A stretch of DNA of 63,396 nucleotides, taken from the NCBI GenBank assembly GCA_043769035.1, contig JAYVJU010000147.1, positions 1 to 63,396 on the forward strand, read 5' to 3'. A program made the translations under genes and the position numbers. Within the stretch, counting starts at the first letter, position 1. Each line of letters begins with the position of its first letter. Shown piece by piece: positions 31,052 to 40,953 of the stretch. Origin of the DNA: Ferruginibacter sp. GTDB taxonomy: Bacteria; Bacteroidota; Bacteroidia; Chitinophagales; Chitinophagaceae. The notes under the pieces were generated by a model. It worked only from the letters and a program-made list of their open reading frames with translations. It was not told where the DNA came from and did no database searches.

Positions 31052-32491
31052 ATGTTAAAAAAGAAAAGTATAGCAGGGATTGTTTTGTTTGTTGCACTTG
31101 CTTTGGCCGGTTGTAATAAATGGAAAGACCATACCGCAGTTGAGCAGCAGAATTTAAAACAAAACCTGTTGCAGGCAATAGCATCCAATCCCAGCCTGAG
31201 CAAGTTTGCCGAATATGTGCGTACTGCCGGTTTAGACTCTTTATTGCAGGCTACAAAAACTTTTACTGTTTGGGCGCCAACCAATACTGCATTACAGGCA
31301 ATTGATCCTGCCATACCAGCCGATGTAAATAAGTTAAGGGCATTTGTTTTAAATCATATTTCCAACCAGCTATATTTTACAAGAGATGTGCAGGCTGCGG
31401 TAAACATTCAAATGCTTGGTGGTAAATACAATTTGTTCAACACTATCAAATTTGGCGAAGCTGCCCTTGGGGCAACTGATAGTTATGTTAACAATGGTGT
31501 ATTGCATATCATTAATGGAATAGTACCACCGGCACAAAATATATGGGAATTTATAAACAGCACCAAGGCACAGTATGCTCAAAACGCCTACATCGTTTCA
31601 TTAAACTACAGTGGCTTCGATCCGGCAACTGCAATCATTGACAGTATAAGTGTAAATACCGGGCTTCCGGTTTACAGGCCGGGTACAGGCGTTGTTGCAA
31701 GAAATTATTTTAACGACAGGGTGTATGATATGAAACGGGAAGATAAGCAGTACACTTATTTTGTAATGCAGGATGCCAACTTTGCTGTAGAAGCCGACTC
31801 TTTAAAAAATTATTATTCCACTATTTCTGCTGCTGTTTCAACCGACAGCCTTACAAGATGGAATGTTGTTAAAGACCTTGCTTATGAAGTGGCGTATCAA
31901 AACCCGCTTGCAATTCCGGCATCATTATTATCACGGTCGGGTATTACCGTACCTTTTAATACTGCTTTTGTCGTTGATGTAAAAAAATTAAGTAATGGCT
32001 ATGTGTACATTATGAGCAGGATGGATGTACCTACAGTAAATAAATTTATACCAATCATTTTACAGGGAGAAAGTCCTTCAGGTTTTTTATCAGACAGAAC
32101 AGGAAATACCAATTACAGGATCCGTCGTAACCCTGTAACCGGAATCAATTTCTCTGATATAATGGTAACCGGCCATGGCGTTACAACCTATTATTCTTTT
32201 TACAGGGTAAATGAAACGCCATCTATAAGATACCAGGTGTATGCATCAGCAATTAATGATTTTCAGGCTACTGCCTTTAGCCAAACAATAAATGCATGGC
32301 ACACCGGCTTAGCAGCCGTGCAGGGTACATTAACACATGCTGTTCCTTTATTTAGTGCAGCAGGGGCATACAACGAAGTTAATTTGGGTACTATCACCAT
32401 TTCAAAATATGGTACAGTTGAGTGGAGATTAACAGCAATAACAACCGGGCCAATGGTATTGGATTATTTAAGATTGGTTCCATTACCTTAA
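31052..32491 (+). CDS. Fasciclin-domain lipoprotein
   Basis: Lipobox LAGC; TVWAPTNTA, NGVLHIIN motifs. Confidence 0.82.
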   Translation: MLKKKSIAGIVLFVALALAGCNKWKDHTAVEQQNLKQNLLQAIASNPSLSKFAEYVRTAGLDSLLQATKTFTVWAPTNTALQAIDPAIPADVNKLRAFVLNHISNQLYFTRDVQAAVNIQMLGGKYNLFNTIKFGEAALGATDSYVNNGVLHIINGIVPPAQNIWEFINSTKAQYAQNAYIVSLNYSGFDPATAIIDSISVNTGLPVYRPGTGVVARNYFNDRVYDMKREDKQYTYFVMQDANFAVEADSLKNYYSTISAAVSTDSLTRWNVVKDLAYEVAYQNPLAIPASLLSRSGITVPFNTAFVVDVKKLSNGYVYIMSRMDVPTVNKFIPIILQGESPSGFLSDRTGNTNYRIRRNPVTGINFSDIMVTGHGVTTYYSFYRVNETPSIRYQVYASAINDFQATAFSQTINAWHTGLAAVQGTLTHAVPLFSAAGAYNEVNLGTITISKYGTVEWRLTAITTGPMVLDYLRLVPLP

Positions 32492-32520
32492 AACTTTTTT
32501 TTAAAGATTATTATTTTGAC

Positions 32521-35500
32521 ATGATGAATAGATTAAAGAAAATACTTACGCTTTCTGTTGCAATTGCAGCCTGCCTTTTTGTAAATGCACAAAAAATAAA
32601 GACTGTTGCAGACAATTCAAACAAGTTCAATGTAAAAGGTACTGTAACAAATGCAGCTACCGGTAAACCTATACGTGGCATACGGTTAACCTATAAAGAA
32701 TTTGCTGCTTCATTAACCGATAGTGCAGGAAATTACAGCATTAATTTACCGGCAGATGAAGCCGTATTGTTATTAACAGGCGATGGGTATCAATCTAAAG
32801 AAGTTGCAGTAAAAGGATTACCTGTTTTAAATATAGTGATGTACGATGAAAATTTTTCTGCAATGACAGATGATGTGCAGTTGGTAACAGGGTATAGTTC
32901 AAAAGCATTAACGCCATATGCAGCAACTGGTGTACAGGTAAACGACGGATGGAACAGGTTTAATGAAACCCCCGATGCTTATTTGCAGGGCAAAGTTGCA
33001 GGGCTGAATATTACCCGGCGCAGCGGTACACAAAATATAGGTGCCGCAATTTTTTTAAGGGGTATTAATTCTCTGTATGCCACCAACCAGCCATTAATAA
33101 TTGTAGATGGAATTATTTTTAATAATAACAGTAACGGCGGTTCAATCATTTCCAACAATTACTCTAACCCATTATCCGGTATAGATGTAAGGGATATAGA
33201 TAATATTACGGTTTTAAAAGACGCTTCTTCATTGTATGGTACCAAAGGTGCAAATGGCGCATTAATTATTACAACAATAAGAGCAAAAGAACTGGGTACA
33301 AAAATTGATTTTGCTGTAAGCGGAGGCCTTAACCTGGCACCTGAAACATTACCGGTAATGAATGCTGCTGATTACAGGGTATATCTTTCGGAGTTATTAA
33401 AAACAAAGGGGATGACCGATGCACAAATTGCCAGTGAACCATTTATGAACGATGATAAGTCAAACGCTTCTTATTATGCGTATCACAATCAAACCAACTG
33501 GCAGAAGCTGGTGTTAAAACAATCGGCCACACAAAATGTTTATTTAAAAGTAACCGGTGGCGATAACATTGCCAAGTACGCAATTTCTTTGGGGTATTTA
33601 AATAATGGCGGTATAATCAGTAATACCGATCTGTCAAGATACAATATGCGGTTTAACGGCGATTTAAATTTAAGCCGCAGAATGACTGCCACCACCAACT
33701 TAAGTTTTACATTTTCCGAACAGAATATAAGGGATCAGGGCCTGGCCGCTAAATCAAATCCGCTTTTTTTAGCGTTGGTAAAAGCACCTTTTCTGCGTAC
33801 CAATGATGTGTCTGCAACAGGTGTGGAATCGCCTACATTGGCCGACAGGGATACTTTAAATATTGGTAATCCGCTTGCCATTACTGACAAGGGAACAGGT
33901 TTAAATAAAGCATACCGCTTTATGGGGTCTATCAGTTTTAAATACGATTTTTCAAGATCATTGTCGCTTACTAATACCATCGGTATTATTTACAATAAAG
34001 TAAGGGAGAGTTTTTTTGTGCCACGTAAAGGTATTACACCCGATACATTAAGTACCGGTATTGCTTACAGCAGGCTGGGTACACAGGTGGTTTCTCTTTT
34101 TTCATTATCAGATGATCTGCGCCTGACCTATGCAACACACTTTAATAAAATCCATTCCTTTACTGCAAGGGCAGGGGTAAGATATTTACAGGATAAAACC
34201 GAACAGGATTATGGTTTGGGTTATAACTCTGCCATTGATGAATTGGTAAGCGTTGGTAATGGTGTAAATGCTTTAAGAAAAATTGGCGGCGATATTGGTG
34301 AAGCAAAATGGTTCAGCACTTATGCTAATGCTGATTATTCATTTAAGGATAAATATTTCCTGTCTGCAAATCTTTCGGCTGATGTTTCCAGCCGCTTTGG
34401 ATCAAACATTACAAACAGTTTGTACATCGGTGAAAATAATTTTGCGGTATTGCCATCAATTGCTGCAGCATGGTTAATATCATCCGAAAAAGCAATGGCC
34501 GATAGTAAAGTAGATCTGTTAAAACTAAGGGCTTCATTAGGCCTTTCGGGTAATGATGATATTGGAAACTATACTGCAAAGCAAACTTATGTTCCGCAAA
34601 ACTTATTAGGTATGCAGGGGCTGGTACGTGCCGGCATTCCTAATAATAAACTGCAATGGGAAGAAGTGCGGAAATTTAATGTAGGTGTTGATGTGGCCGT
34701 ATTAAAAGAAAGGCTGCAGTTTAGTTTCGACTTTTTTAGAAATACTACAGATAAATTAATTACTTACGAACCATTGCCTACAGCAAGCGGCTTCGATTAT
34801 GTGATTACCAACAGCGGAGGATTAAAAACCACCGGAGTGGAATTTACAGCTGCTGCAAGACTGATCAATAAAAAGAATTTTAACTGGGATGCAGGATTTA
34901 ATATCAGTACAAACGTTTCTTCAGTTACTAAACTGCCGGCTGCAAATATTATTACTTCATTTGCCGGGGCAACTTATATAACTCAGGTTGCAGGTTCGCC
35001 TAACGAATTTTATGGCCACAAAGCAAATGGTGTGTATGTTTCGGATGCTGTTGCTGCTGCCGAAGGATTGTCAGTAAAAAAAGCGGATGGCACATTGGCT
35101 GCATTTAAAGGTGGCGATGTACGGTTTGCAGATGTAAACGGCGATAAAGTTATAGATGATAATGACAGGGTAAACCTGGGAAGTGCTGCACCAAATCTTT
35201 ATGGGTCATTTTATACCAGATTCAATTACAAAAGATTTTCGGTAAATGCATTTTTTACATTTACGTCGGGCAACAAAATATTTAATTACACCCGTGCACA
35301 GCTGGAAGGTATGAGTAATGCTTACAACCAGACCGACGCTGTATTAAACCGCTGGAAAACCAATGGCAATGTAACCAGCATTCCAAAAGCAACATGGGGC
35401 GACCCGATGGGCAACAGCCGTTTCAGCAGCCGCTGGATCGAAGATGGCTCTTATGTAAGATTAAGGGCACTTACTTTTTCGTACGACATACCATTTAAAA

Positions 35501-35679
35501 CAGGCTTTTTTAAATACGCAGCTGTATATGCAACAGGCAATAATTTAATTACCCTTACCAGGTACAAAGGTTTCGATCCGGAGTTTAGTGCTACCGAAAG
35601 TGTTTTTGGAAAAGGTGTTGACAATACACTGGAACCACAATTCAGATCCGTTCAGCTTGGTTTTAAAGTAGGCTTATAA
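32521..35679 (+). CDS. susC: SusC/RagA TonB-dependent transporter
   Basis: Start moved to ATG 32521 (MMNRLKK signal peptide); VLKDASSLYGTKGANG plug motif, LQWEE. Confidence 0.93.
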   Translation: MMNRLKKILTLSVAIAACLFVNAQKIKTVADNSNKFNVKGTVTNAATGKPIRGIRLTYKEFAASLTDSAGNYSINLPADEAVLLLTGDGYQSKEVAVKGLPVLNIVMYDENFSAMTDDVQLVTGYSSKALTPYAATGVQVNDGWNRFNETPDAYLQGKVAGLNITRRSGTQNIGAAIFLRGINSLYATNQPLIIVDGIIFNNNSNGGSIISNNYSNPLSGIDVRDIDNITVLKDASSLYGTKGANGALIITTIRAKELGTKIDFAVSGGLNLAPETLPVMNAADYRVYLSELLKTKGMTDAQIASEPFMNDDKSNASYYAYHNQTNWQKLVLKQSATQNVYLKVTGGDNIAKYAISLGYLNNGGIISNTDLSRYNMRFNGDLNLSRRMTATTNLSFTFSEQNIRDQGLAAKSNPLFLALVKAPFLRTNDVSATGVESPTLADRDTLNIGNPLAITDKGTGLNKAYRFMGSISFKYDFSRSLSLTNTIGIIYNKVRESFFVPRKGITPDTLSTGIAYSRLGTQVVSLFSLSDDLRLTYATHFNKIHSFTARAGVRYLQDKTEQDYGLGYNSAIDELVSVGNGVNALRKIGGDIGEAKWFSTYANADYSFKDKYFLSANLSADVSSRFGSNITNSLYIGENNFAVLPSIAAAWLISSEKAMADSKVDLLKLRASLGLSGNDDIGNYTAKQTYVPQNLLGMQGLVRAGIPNNKLQWEEVRKFNVGVDVAVLKERLQFSFDFFRNTTDKLITYEPLPTASGFDYVITNSGGLKTTGVEFTAAARLINKKNFNWDAGFNISTNVSSVTKLPAANIITSFAGATYITQVAGSPNEFYGHKANGVYVSDAVAAAEGLSVKKADGTLAAFKGGDVRFADVNGDKVIDDNDRVNLGSAAPNLYGSFYTRFNYKRFSVNAFFTFTSGNKIFNYTRAQLEGMSNAYNQTDAVLNRWKTNGNVTSIPKATWGDPMGNSRFSSRWIEDGSYVRLRALTFSYDIPFKTGFFKYAAVYATGNNLITLTRYKGFDPEFSATESVFGKGVDNTLEPQFRSVQLGFKVGL

Positions 35680-35709
35680 TAAAAATGTTTATTAAAATTA
35701 TTTATAGAA

Positions 35710-37494
35710 ATGAAATACATGCTTAATAAAACAAGACTTGCATTTTTAATAACTGCTGTTGGTGTTACTATATCGTCCTGCAAAAAAATTGTAGATGTAG
35801 AACCCAAAAATGTTGTTGGGGTGGCAAATATGTACCGCAACGTATTTGATGCAGATGCGGCAGTAATTGGTGTATATGGCAAATTTATGAAGTTGGCAAA
35901 GCCTTACATGATATTAAATGAACTGAGAGGCGATTTGATGGACATTACCGGCAATGCCGATTTAAGCTTAAGGCAGGTAAGTGAACATACCGCTACAGTA
36001 AACAATCCATATACCGATCCGCAGCCTTTTTATGATGTAATTGTTAACTGTAATGATGTACTGTACAATTTTACAAAAATGTATGCGGCAAGTAAATTAA
36101 AAGAAGCAGAATTTAATCAACGCTATTCCGATATTGGCGCAATACGCAGCTGGGTATATCTGCAATTGGGTATTCATTATGGCACCATCCCTTATGTTAC
36201 CAATCCAATTGTACAGGTACAGGATTTAAAAGACAACAGTAATTTTCCCAGGCTTACCCTGCCTGTTTTAATAGATTCGCTGGTAGCATTTACCGAACGG
36301 CTTCCTTTTACAGATGATTATCCTGCCGGTACTACATTGCAAACAACAGTAGATGGATATAACACCAGCAAATTTTTTATTAATAAACATATTTTACTGG
36401 GAGATTTATATTTATGGCAGGGGCAATATGATAAAGCTGCAGACAGGTTTAAAAGAGTTTTGGAAATTGGCGGCCCTACAGGTAACTCAGAGTTATGGTA
36501 TAACCAATACCGTATTTCAAGTTTTAATAATGCCAGTGTAGGTTATACCCGTGTGCAGGATTTTTCATCATTAGTTTATACCAACGGATGGCGGTATTTA
36601 TTCGAAAGGCCGCAATCTGATAATGAGTTTAACTGGGAAATGATATGGAGCTTGCCTTTCGATAGAAATTTCGAACCGGTAAATCCTTACATCGATCTGT
36701 TTTCTCCTGTTGGAGGAAGCTACCTGGTAAGGCCGGCACAACAGGCAATAGATTACTGGAACAGTCAGCAGCAGGTTTATGTATTTACGTCTGCAACGGT
36801 TACAGCCGGCGAAGTGTTACGGGATAATTTTCCCTTTGATGCAAGGGCAAATTTTACTTACAAAACAATTGGCGGGCAACCGGTGATTATGAAAAATCTC
36901 TACAACTATCTGGGTACAGATAATTTACCGATAAATGCATTTAGCAAAGCAGGCAAATGGTTTTTAACCAGAGCCGCAACATTGCACCTGCATTATGCCG
37001 AGGCAGCAAATCGTGCTGGTAAACACAGGGTGGCTTACGCACTGGTAAATAAAGGCATTAATTATACTTACGACCCTTTTCCGGGCAATAACGTTGCTGC
37101 AAACCGGGATGTTACCAACTACCATCAAACATTTTTACCATGGCCTTACGATTTTGATGCAAGGGGCGGACAGGCACCAGCTTACAGAAATACATGGTAC
37201 CGCAATATCGGTATAAGGGGAAGGGCTGCATTAAAACCGGTTACATTACCGGTAACAGACAGTGTAACTAACGTAGAGAATATGATACTTGCCGAAGATG
37301 CACTGGAACTGGCTTATGAAGGACAACGTTGGTCAGATTTGTTAAGGGTAGCTATCCGCAGAAACGATCCTGCATTTATTGCAGATAAAGTATATGATAA
37401 GTTACGCAAGTCCGGCCTATCTGCAGGCGCAGCAAATGCAGCCCGTACAAAACTGATGAACAAAGATTGGTTTTTACCTTTTAAATTTAATTAA
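35710..37494 (+). CDS. susD: SusD/RagB lipoprotein
   Basis: Lipobox ISSC; ELRGDLM, ELAYEGQRWSDLLR motifs. Confidence 0.92.
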   Translation: MKYMLNKTRLAFLITAVGVTISSCKKIVDVEPKNVVGVANMYRNVFDADAAVIGVYGKFMKLAKPYMILNELRGDLMDITGNADLSLRQVSEHTATVNNPYTDPQPFYDVIVNCNDVLYNFTKMYAASKLKEAEFNQRYSDIGAIRSWVYLQLGIHYGTIPYVTNPIVQVQDLKDNSNFPRLTLPVLIDSLVAFTERLPFTDDYPAGTTLQTTVDGYNTSKFFINKHILLGDLYLWQGQYDKAADRFKRVLEIGGPTGNSELWYNQYRISSFNNASVGYTRVQDFSSLVYTNGWRYLFERPQSDNEFNWEMIWSLPFDRNFEPVNPYIDLFSPVGGSYLVRPAQQAIDYWNSQQQVYVFTSATVTAGEVLRDNFPFDARANFTYKTIGGQPVIMKNLYNYLGTDNLPINAFSKAGKWFLTRAATLHLHYAEAANRAGKHRVAYALVNKGINYTYDPFPGNNVAANRDVTNYHQTFLPWPYDFDARGGQAPAYRNTWYRNIGIRGRAALKPVTLPVTDSVTNVENMILAEDALELAYEGQRWSDLLRVAIRRNDPAFIADKVYDKLRKSGLSAGAANAARTKLMNKDWFLPFKFN

Positions 37495-37514
37495 TTACAA
37501 ACACAACTTTTTAT

Positions 37515-37551
37515 AAAATAGTGCATGATTAAAAACATGCACTATTTTTTT
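37515..37551 (+). terminator. Intrinsic terminator
   Basis: AAAATAGTGCATG...CATGCACTATTTT stem plus T-run. Confidence 0.75.
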
Positions 37552-37594
37552 GCCCTTTAAAAAAACAAATACAGTATATCAAAACACTATAATA

Positions 37595-37610
37595 CAGGAT
37601 AGGGCAGGAT
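37595..37610. promoter_or_regulatory. Direct-repeat operator candidate CAGGAT-N4-CAGGAT
   Basis: CAGGATagggCAGGAT upstream of the third susC. Confidence 0.6.
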
Positions 37611-37696
37611 GATATAAATCCTGCCTTTTTTAATTTAGTATATTAAAAATAGTGTTTTGTTTTAGTAAAGTGTTCAGGATTTGTGCTCTTTGTTAC

Positions 37697-37708
37697 GCAA
37701 ACGATTGC
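37697..37708. promoter_or_regulatory. LacI-family operator candidate
   Basis: GCAAACGATTGC; near-identical site at 59082. Confidence 0.5.
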
Positions 37709-37812
37709 ACAGTTTTTTTTTGCACAGAATAAGTAACAAACTATTTTTAATGATTCCCACGCTATAGGGAATTTTTTAAACTGCTTTTTATTAACCATTT
37801 AACGATGCTATT

Positions 37813-40800
37813 ATGAACAAAAAATTCCTAAGGAAGAATTTTGCAATTCTCCTTATTTTTCTCATTTCTTCATTTTCAATTCAGGCGCAGAGTTTTTCAG
37901 TATCCGGTAAAATTATCGATGATGCCGGTAAAGCTTTAGAAGGCGCAACTGTATTAGAAAAAGGTACAAAAAACTCGGCTATTACCGGCCAGGGTGGAGC
38001 ATTTACTTTAAATGTTTCATCTGGTAAAGCAAAATTGCTAATTAGTTATGTAGGCCACGAGCCACTGGAAATTGCTGTAAATAACCAACAGCAGTTATCT
38101 GTTACATTAAAAACCACAAACGAAAACTTAACCGATGTTGTTGTAATTGGTTACGCAACGGTTAAAAAGAAAGATGTTACTGGTTCTGTTGCCGGCATCA
38201 ATCAAAAAGACATCCGCTCCCGTCCGGTTGATAATGCCTTGCAGGCTATGCAGGGTAAAGTATCTGGTGTGGATATCACCTCAAATGAACGCCCCGGCCA
38301 GGTAGGCAGCATCAGAATTCGTGGCGAACGTTCTGTAAATGCAACCAACAATCCATTATTTGTGGTTGATAATATCCCTGTAACAACTGGTGGTATTGAG
38401 TACCTTAATCCAAATGATATTGAATCGATAGATGTATTGAAAGATGCGTCTGCCACGGCCATCTATGGTTCAAGAGGTGCAAATGGTGTTGTAATTGTTA
38501 CCACCAAGCAGGGTAAAGCAGGTAAAGTACAGGTAAACTTTTATAACTCACTTTCTACTGAAAAAGTAAGAGACTGGGCACCGATTATGACAGCTGCAGA
38601 ATATATAGACTTTCGTCGTTGGGCATATTACTATTCTAATCCAGTTAGTTCTACTAATCCAGGAGGCCGTCCAAGAGGCGATAATCCAAATGTTACTAAC
38701 GACCGGGATATGTTTAACGCAAATGCCGACCCTGCTGCCTGGAAAAATATTGCCCAGGGCTGGGCTTCCGGTACATGGGATGGTTCAAGAGTGGCTAGTA
38801 CAGATTGGCTAGGGCTGACATCGCAAACTGGTATTACAACAGATAATACAATAAGTGTTAGCGGGGGTACAAAAAATATTAAAGCATATGCCTCTTTTGG
38901 TTACCTCAATAACAAGGGTACCTCTATCGGACAAAAATTTAACAGGTATTCAGGTAAAGCAAGTGTAGATATACAAGCCACTGATTGGTTTAATATGGGC
39001 TTTAATATAAATGTTACACAAGGGGTTCAGGAGTTCGGCCAGTCTAACATTGTAATCGGTTCATTTGTAGGTTCTCCGGCAACCAGTATTTATAATTCTG
39101 CAAGAGGTATGTTCAGGTGGGCTGTTCCTTATGATTCTGCAGGAAACAGAGTACTTTTACCAGGTGGCGATGTGGCCATAAAAACGGTGGTGGATGAACA
39201 AAAATATACACAAGACCAACGGTCAACCCTTCGTGCATTTGGAAGCCTGTACGCACAAGTGGATTTTGGCAAAATTCATCATGCTTTAAAGGGATTGAAA
39301 TACCGCATGAACTTTGGCCCCGATTTTTCAAATTATTCCAACGGTACTTATATAGATGGTCAGTCTGCGGCAAGTAGTGGTATTAATGGAGCATCGCTGC
39401 AGGAAGCTAAAACTTATTCCTGGACAATAGATAACCTTTTGTATTACGACAAAGAAATTAAGCAGCACAGCTTTGGCCTTACTTTATTGCAAAGTGCTAC
39501 AAAATATGTTGCTGATCCTGTAAATAGATTGGTTGGTACTGCTATACCTTTTGCCAGTCAAAAATGGTACGAACTTAATAATGCAGTACTACCAGCCACT
39601 AATCTTACCATTACCCGTGTATCTCCATTAACCGAAAGCCAATTAGTAAGTTATATGGCACGCCTTAATTATGGGTTCGATGATAGGTATTTATTTACAG
39701 CCTCTATTCGTAGTGATGCTGCTTCTCAACTTGGAGAGGGATACGAGAAGGATATATTCCCAAGCGCTGCCCTTGCATGGCGTGTAAGCCGTGAAAAATT
39801 CATGCAAAATGTTACACTTGTAAACGATTTAAAATTACGGCTTGGTGTAGGTGTTACAGGTAATTCTTCAATTGAACCTTACCGCACATTAACTTTCGGT
39901 ACTCCACTTTTCTATCCAAACGGGGGTAGTGTTCTTGCAGCCTCACTTCCCACAACACAATTGGGTAATCCTAATTTAAGATGGGAGAAAACCACTCAAT
40001 ACAATTTAGGTGTTGATTTTAGTATATTAAAAAGAAGGATTTCCGGATCAATTGATGTGTATACTTCTAAAACAAAAGATTTATTATTCCTGCAACAACT
40101 GCCAAGTGTTACGGGATCCAGAACTACGCTAACTAATATTGGTTTAACAGATAACAAAGGAATTGATATCAATATCAATACTGTAAATCTAACAACCAAA
40201 AATTTTCAGTGGACAACCAATACTAATGTAAGCTGGCAAAAAGACCGGTTGGTTGAAGGTGCATTTGGAAAAGATCCTGATGTTCTAAATAACCTTTTCC
40301 CCGGCCAACCCATTCGTGTAATATATGGTTTTGCCTCCAATGGCATCTGGCAATATGCCGATACCGCAGCAATACGTAAGTTTGGCCTTAATGGCAATGC
40401 GTTTACGGCAGGCCAGGTTAGGCCTATCGATCAGAATGGTGATAACAAAATTGATGCAAACAACGACCGTACAGTTATTGGAAATACAACGCCCCGCTGG
40501 GTTGTGGGTATGACAAACAGTTTCTCCTATAAAAACTTTGAATTGTCATTCTTTATTTATGGCCGTTTAAATTACTGGTTTAACACAGGTGGCGAAGCTC
40601 AAACTGCAAGGGGAAATCAGCGGCAGATTAACTACTGGACAGAAAACAACCAAAATAGCGAGTATCAAAAACCATTTTATTCAGTGGCTTCAGGCGATAA
40701 CTACTCTGCAGCACTTGGGCCTAAAAAAGCATCTTTCTTAAAAATGAGGAATATTTCTGCTTCTTATAACGTTCCAGGTAATGTAGTATCTAAATTGCAC

Positions 40801-40935
40801 ATGTCAACCCTTAGGGTGTACATGCAGGCTGCTAACCCAAGCATGCTGTTTTCAAAAATTAAGTTTATGGATATGGATGCGGTGTCTATGTTCTCTAACA
40901 GGGGCCTAACATTTGGTATTAACGCAGGTTTTTAA
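37813..40935 (+). CDS. susC: SusC/RagA TonB-dependent transporter
   Basis: VLKDASATAIYGSRGANGVVIVTTK, NPNLRWEKT, C-terminal Phe. Confidence 0.95.
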   Translation: MNKKFLRKNFAILLIFLISSFSIQAQSFSVSGKIIDDAGKALEGATVLEKGTKNSAITGQGGAFTLNVSSGKAKLLISYVGHEPLEIAVNNQQQLSVTLKTTNENLTDVVVIGYATVKKKDVTGSVAGINQKDIRSRPVDNALQAMQGKVSGVDITSNERPGQVGSIRIRGERSVNATNNPLFVVDNIPVTTGGIEYLNPNDIESIDVLKDASATAIYGSRGANGVVIVTTKQGKAGKVQVNFYNSLSTEKVRDWAPIMTAAEYIDFRRWAYYYSNPVSSTNPGGRPRGDNPNVTNDRDMFNANADPAAWKNIAQGWASGTWDGSRVASTDWLGLTSQTGITTDNTISVSGGTKNIKAYASFGYLNNKGTSIGQKFNRYSGKASVDIQATDWFNMGFNINVTQGVQEFGQSNIVIGSFVGSPATSIYNSARGMFRWAVPYDSAGNRVLLPGGDVAIKTVVDEQKYTQDQRSTLRAFGSLYAQVDFGKIHHALKGLKYRMNFGPDFSNYSNGTYIDGQSAASSGINGASLQEAKTYSWTIDNLLYYDKEIKQHSFGLTLLQSATKYVADPVNRLVGTAIPFASQKWYELNNAVLPATNLTITRVSPLTESQLVSYMARLNYGFDDRYLFTASIRSDAASQLGEGYEKDIFPSAALAWRVSREKFMQNVTLVNDLKLRLGVGVTGNSSIEPYRTLTFGTPLFYPNGGSVLAASLPTTQLGNPNLRWEKTTQYNLGVDFSILKRRISGSIDVYTSKTKDLLFLQQLPSVTGSRTTLTNIGLTDNKGIDININTVNLTTKNFQWTTNTNVSWQKDRLVEGAFGKDPDVLNNLFPGQPIRVIYGFASNGIWQYADTAAIRKFGLNGNAFTAGQVRPIDQNGDNKIDANNDRTVIGNTTPRWVVGMTNSFSYKNFELSFFIYGRLNYWFNTGGEAQTARGNQRQINYWTENNQNSEYQKPFYSVASGDNYSAALGPKKASFLKMRNISASYNVPGNVVSKLHMSTLRVYMQAANPSMLFSKIKFMDMDAVSMFSNRGLTFGINAGF

Positions 40936-40953
40936 CTCATTAAATTATTCAAT

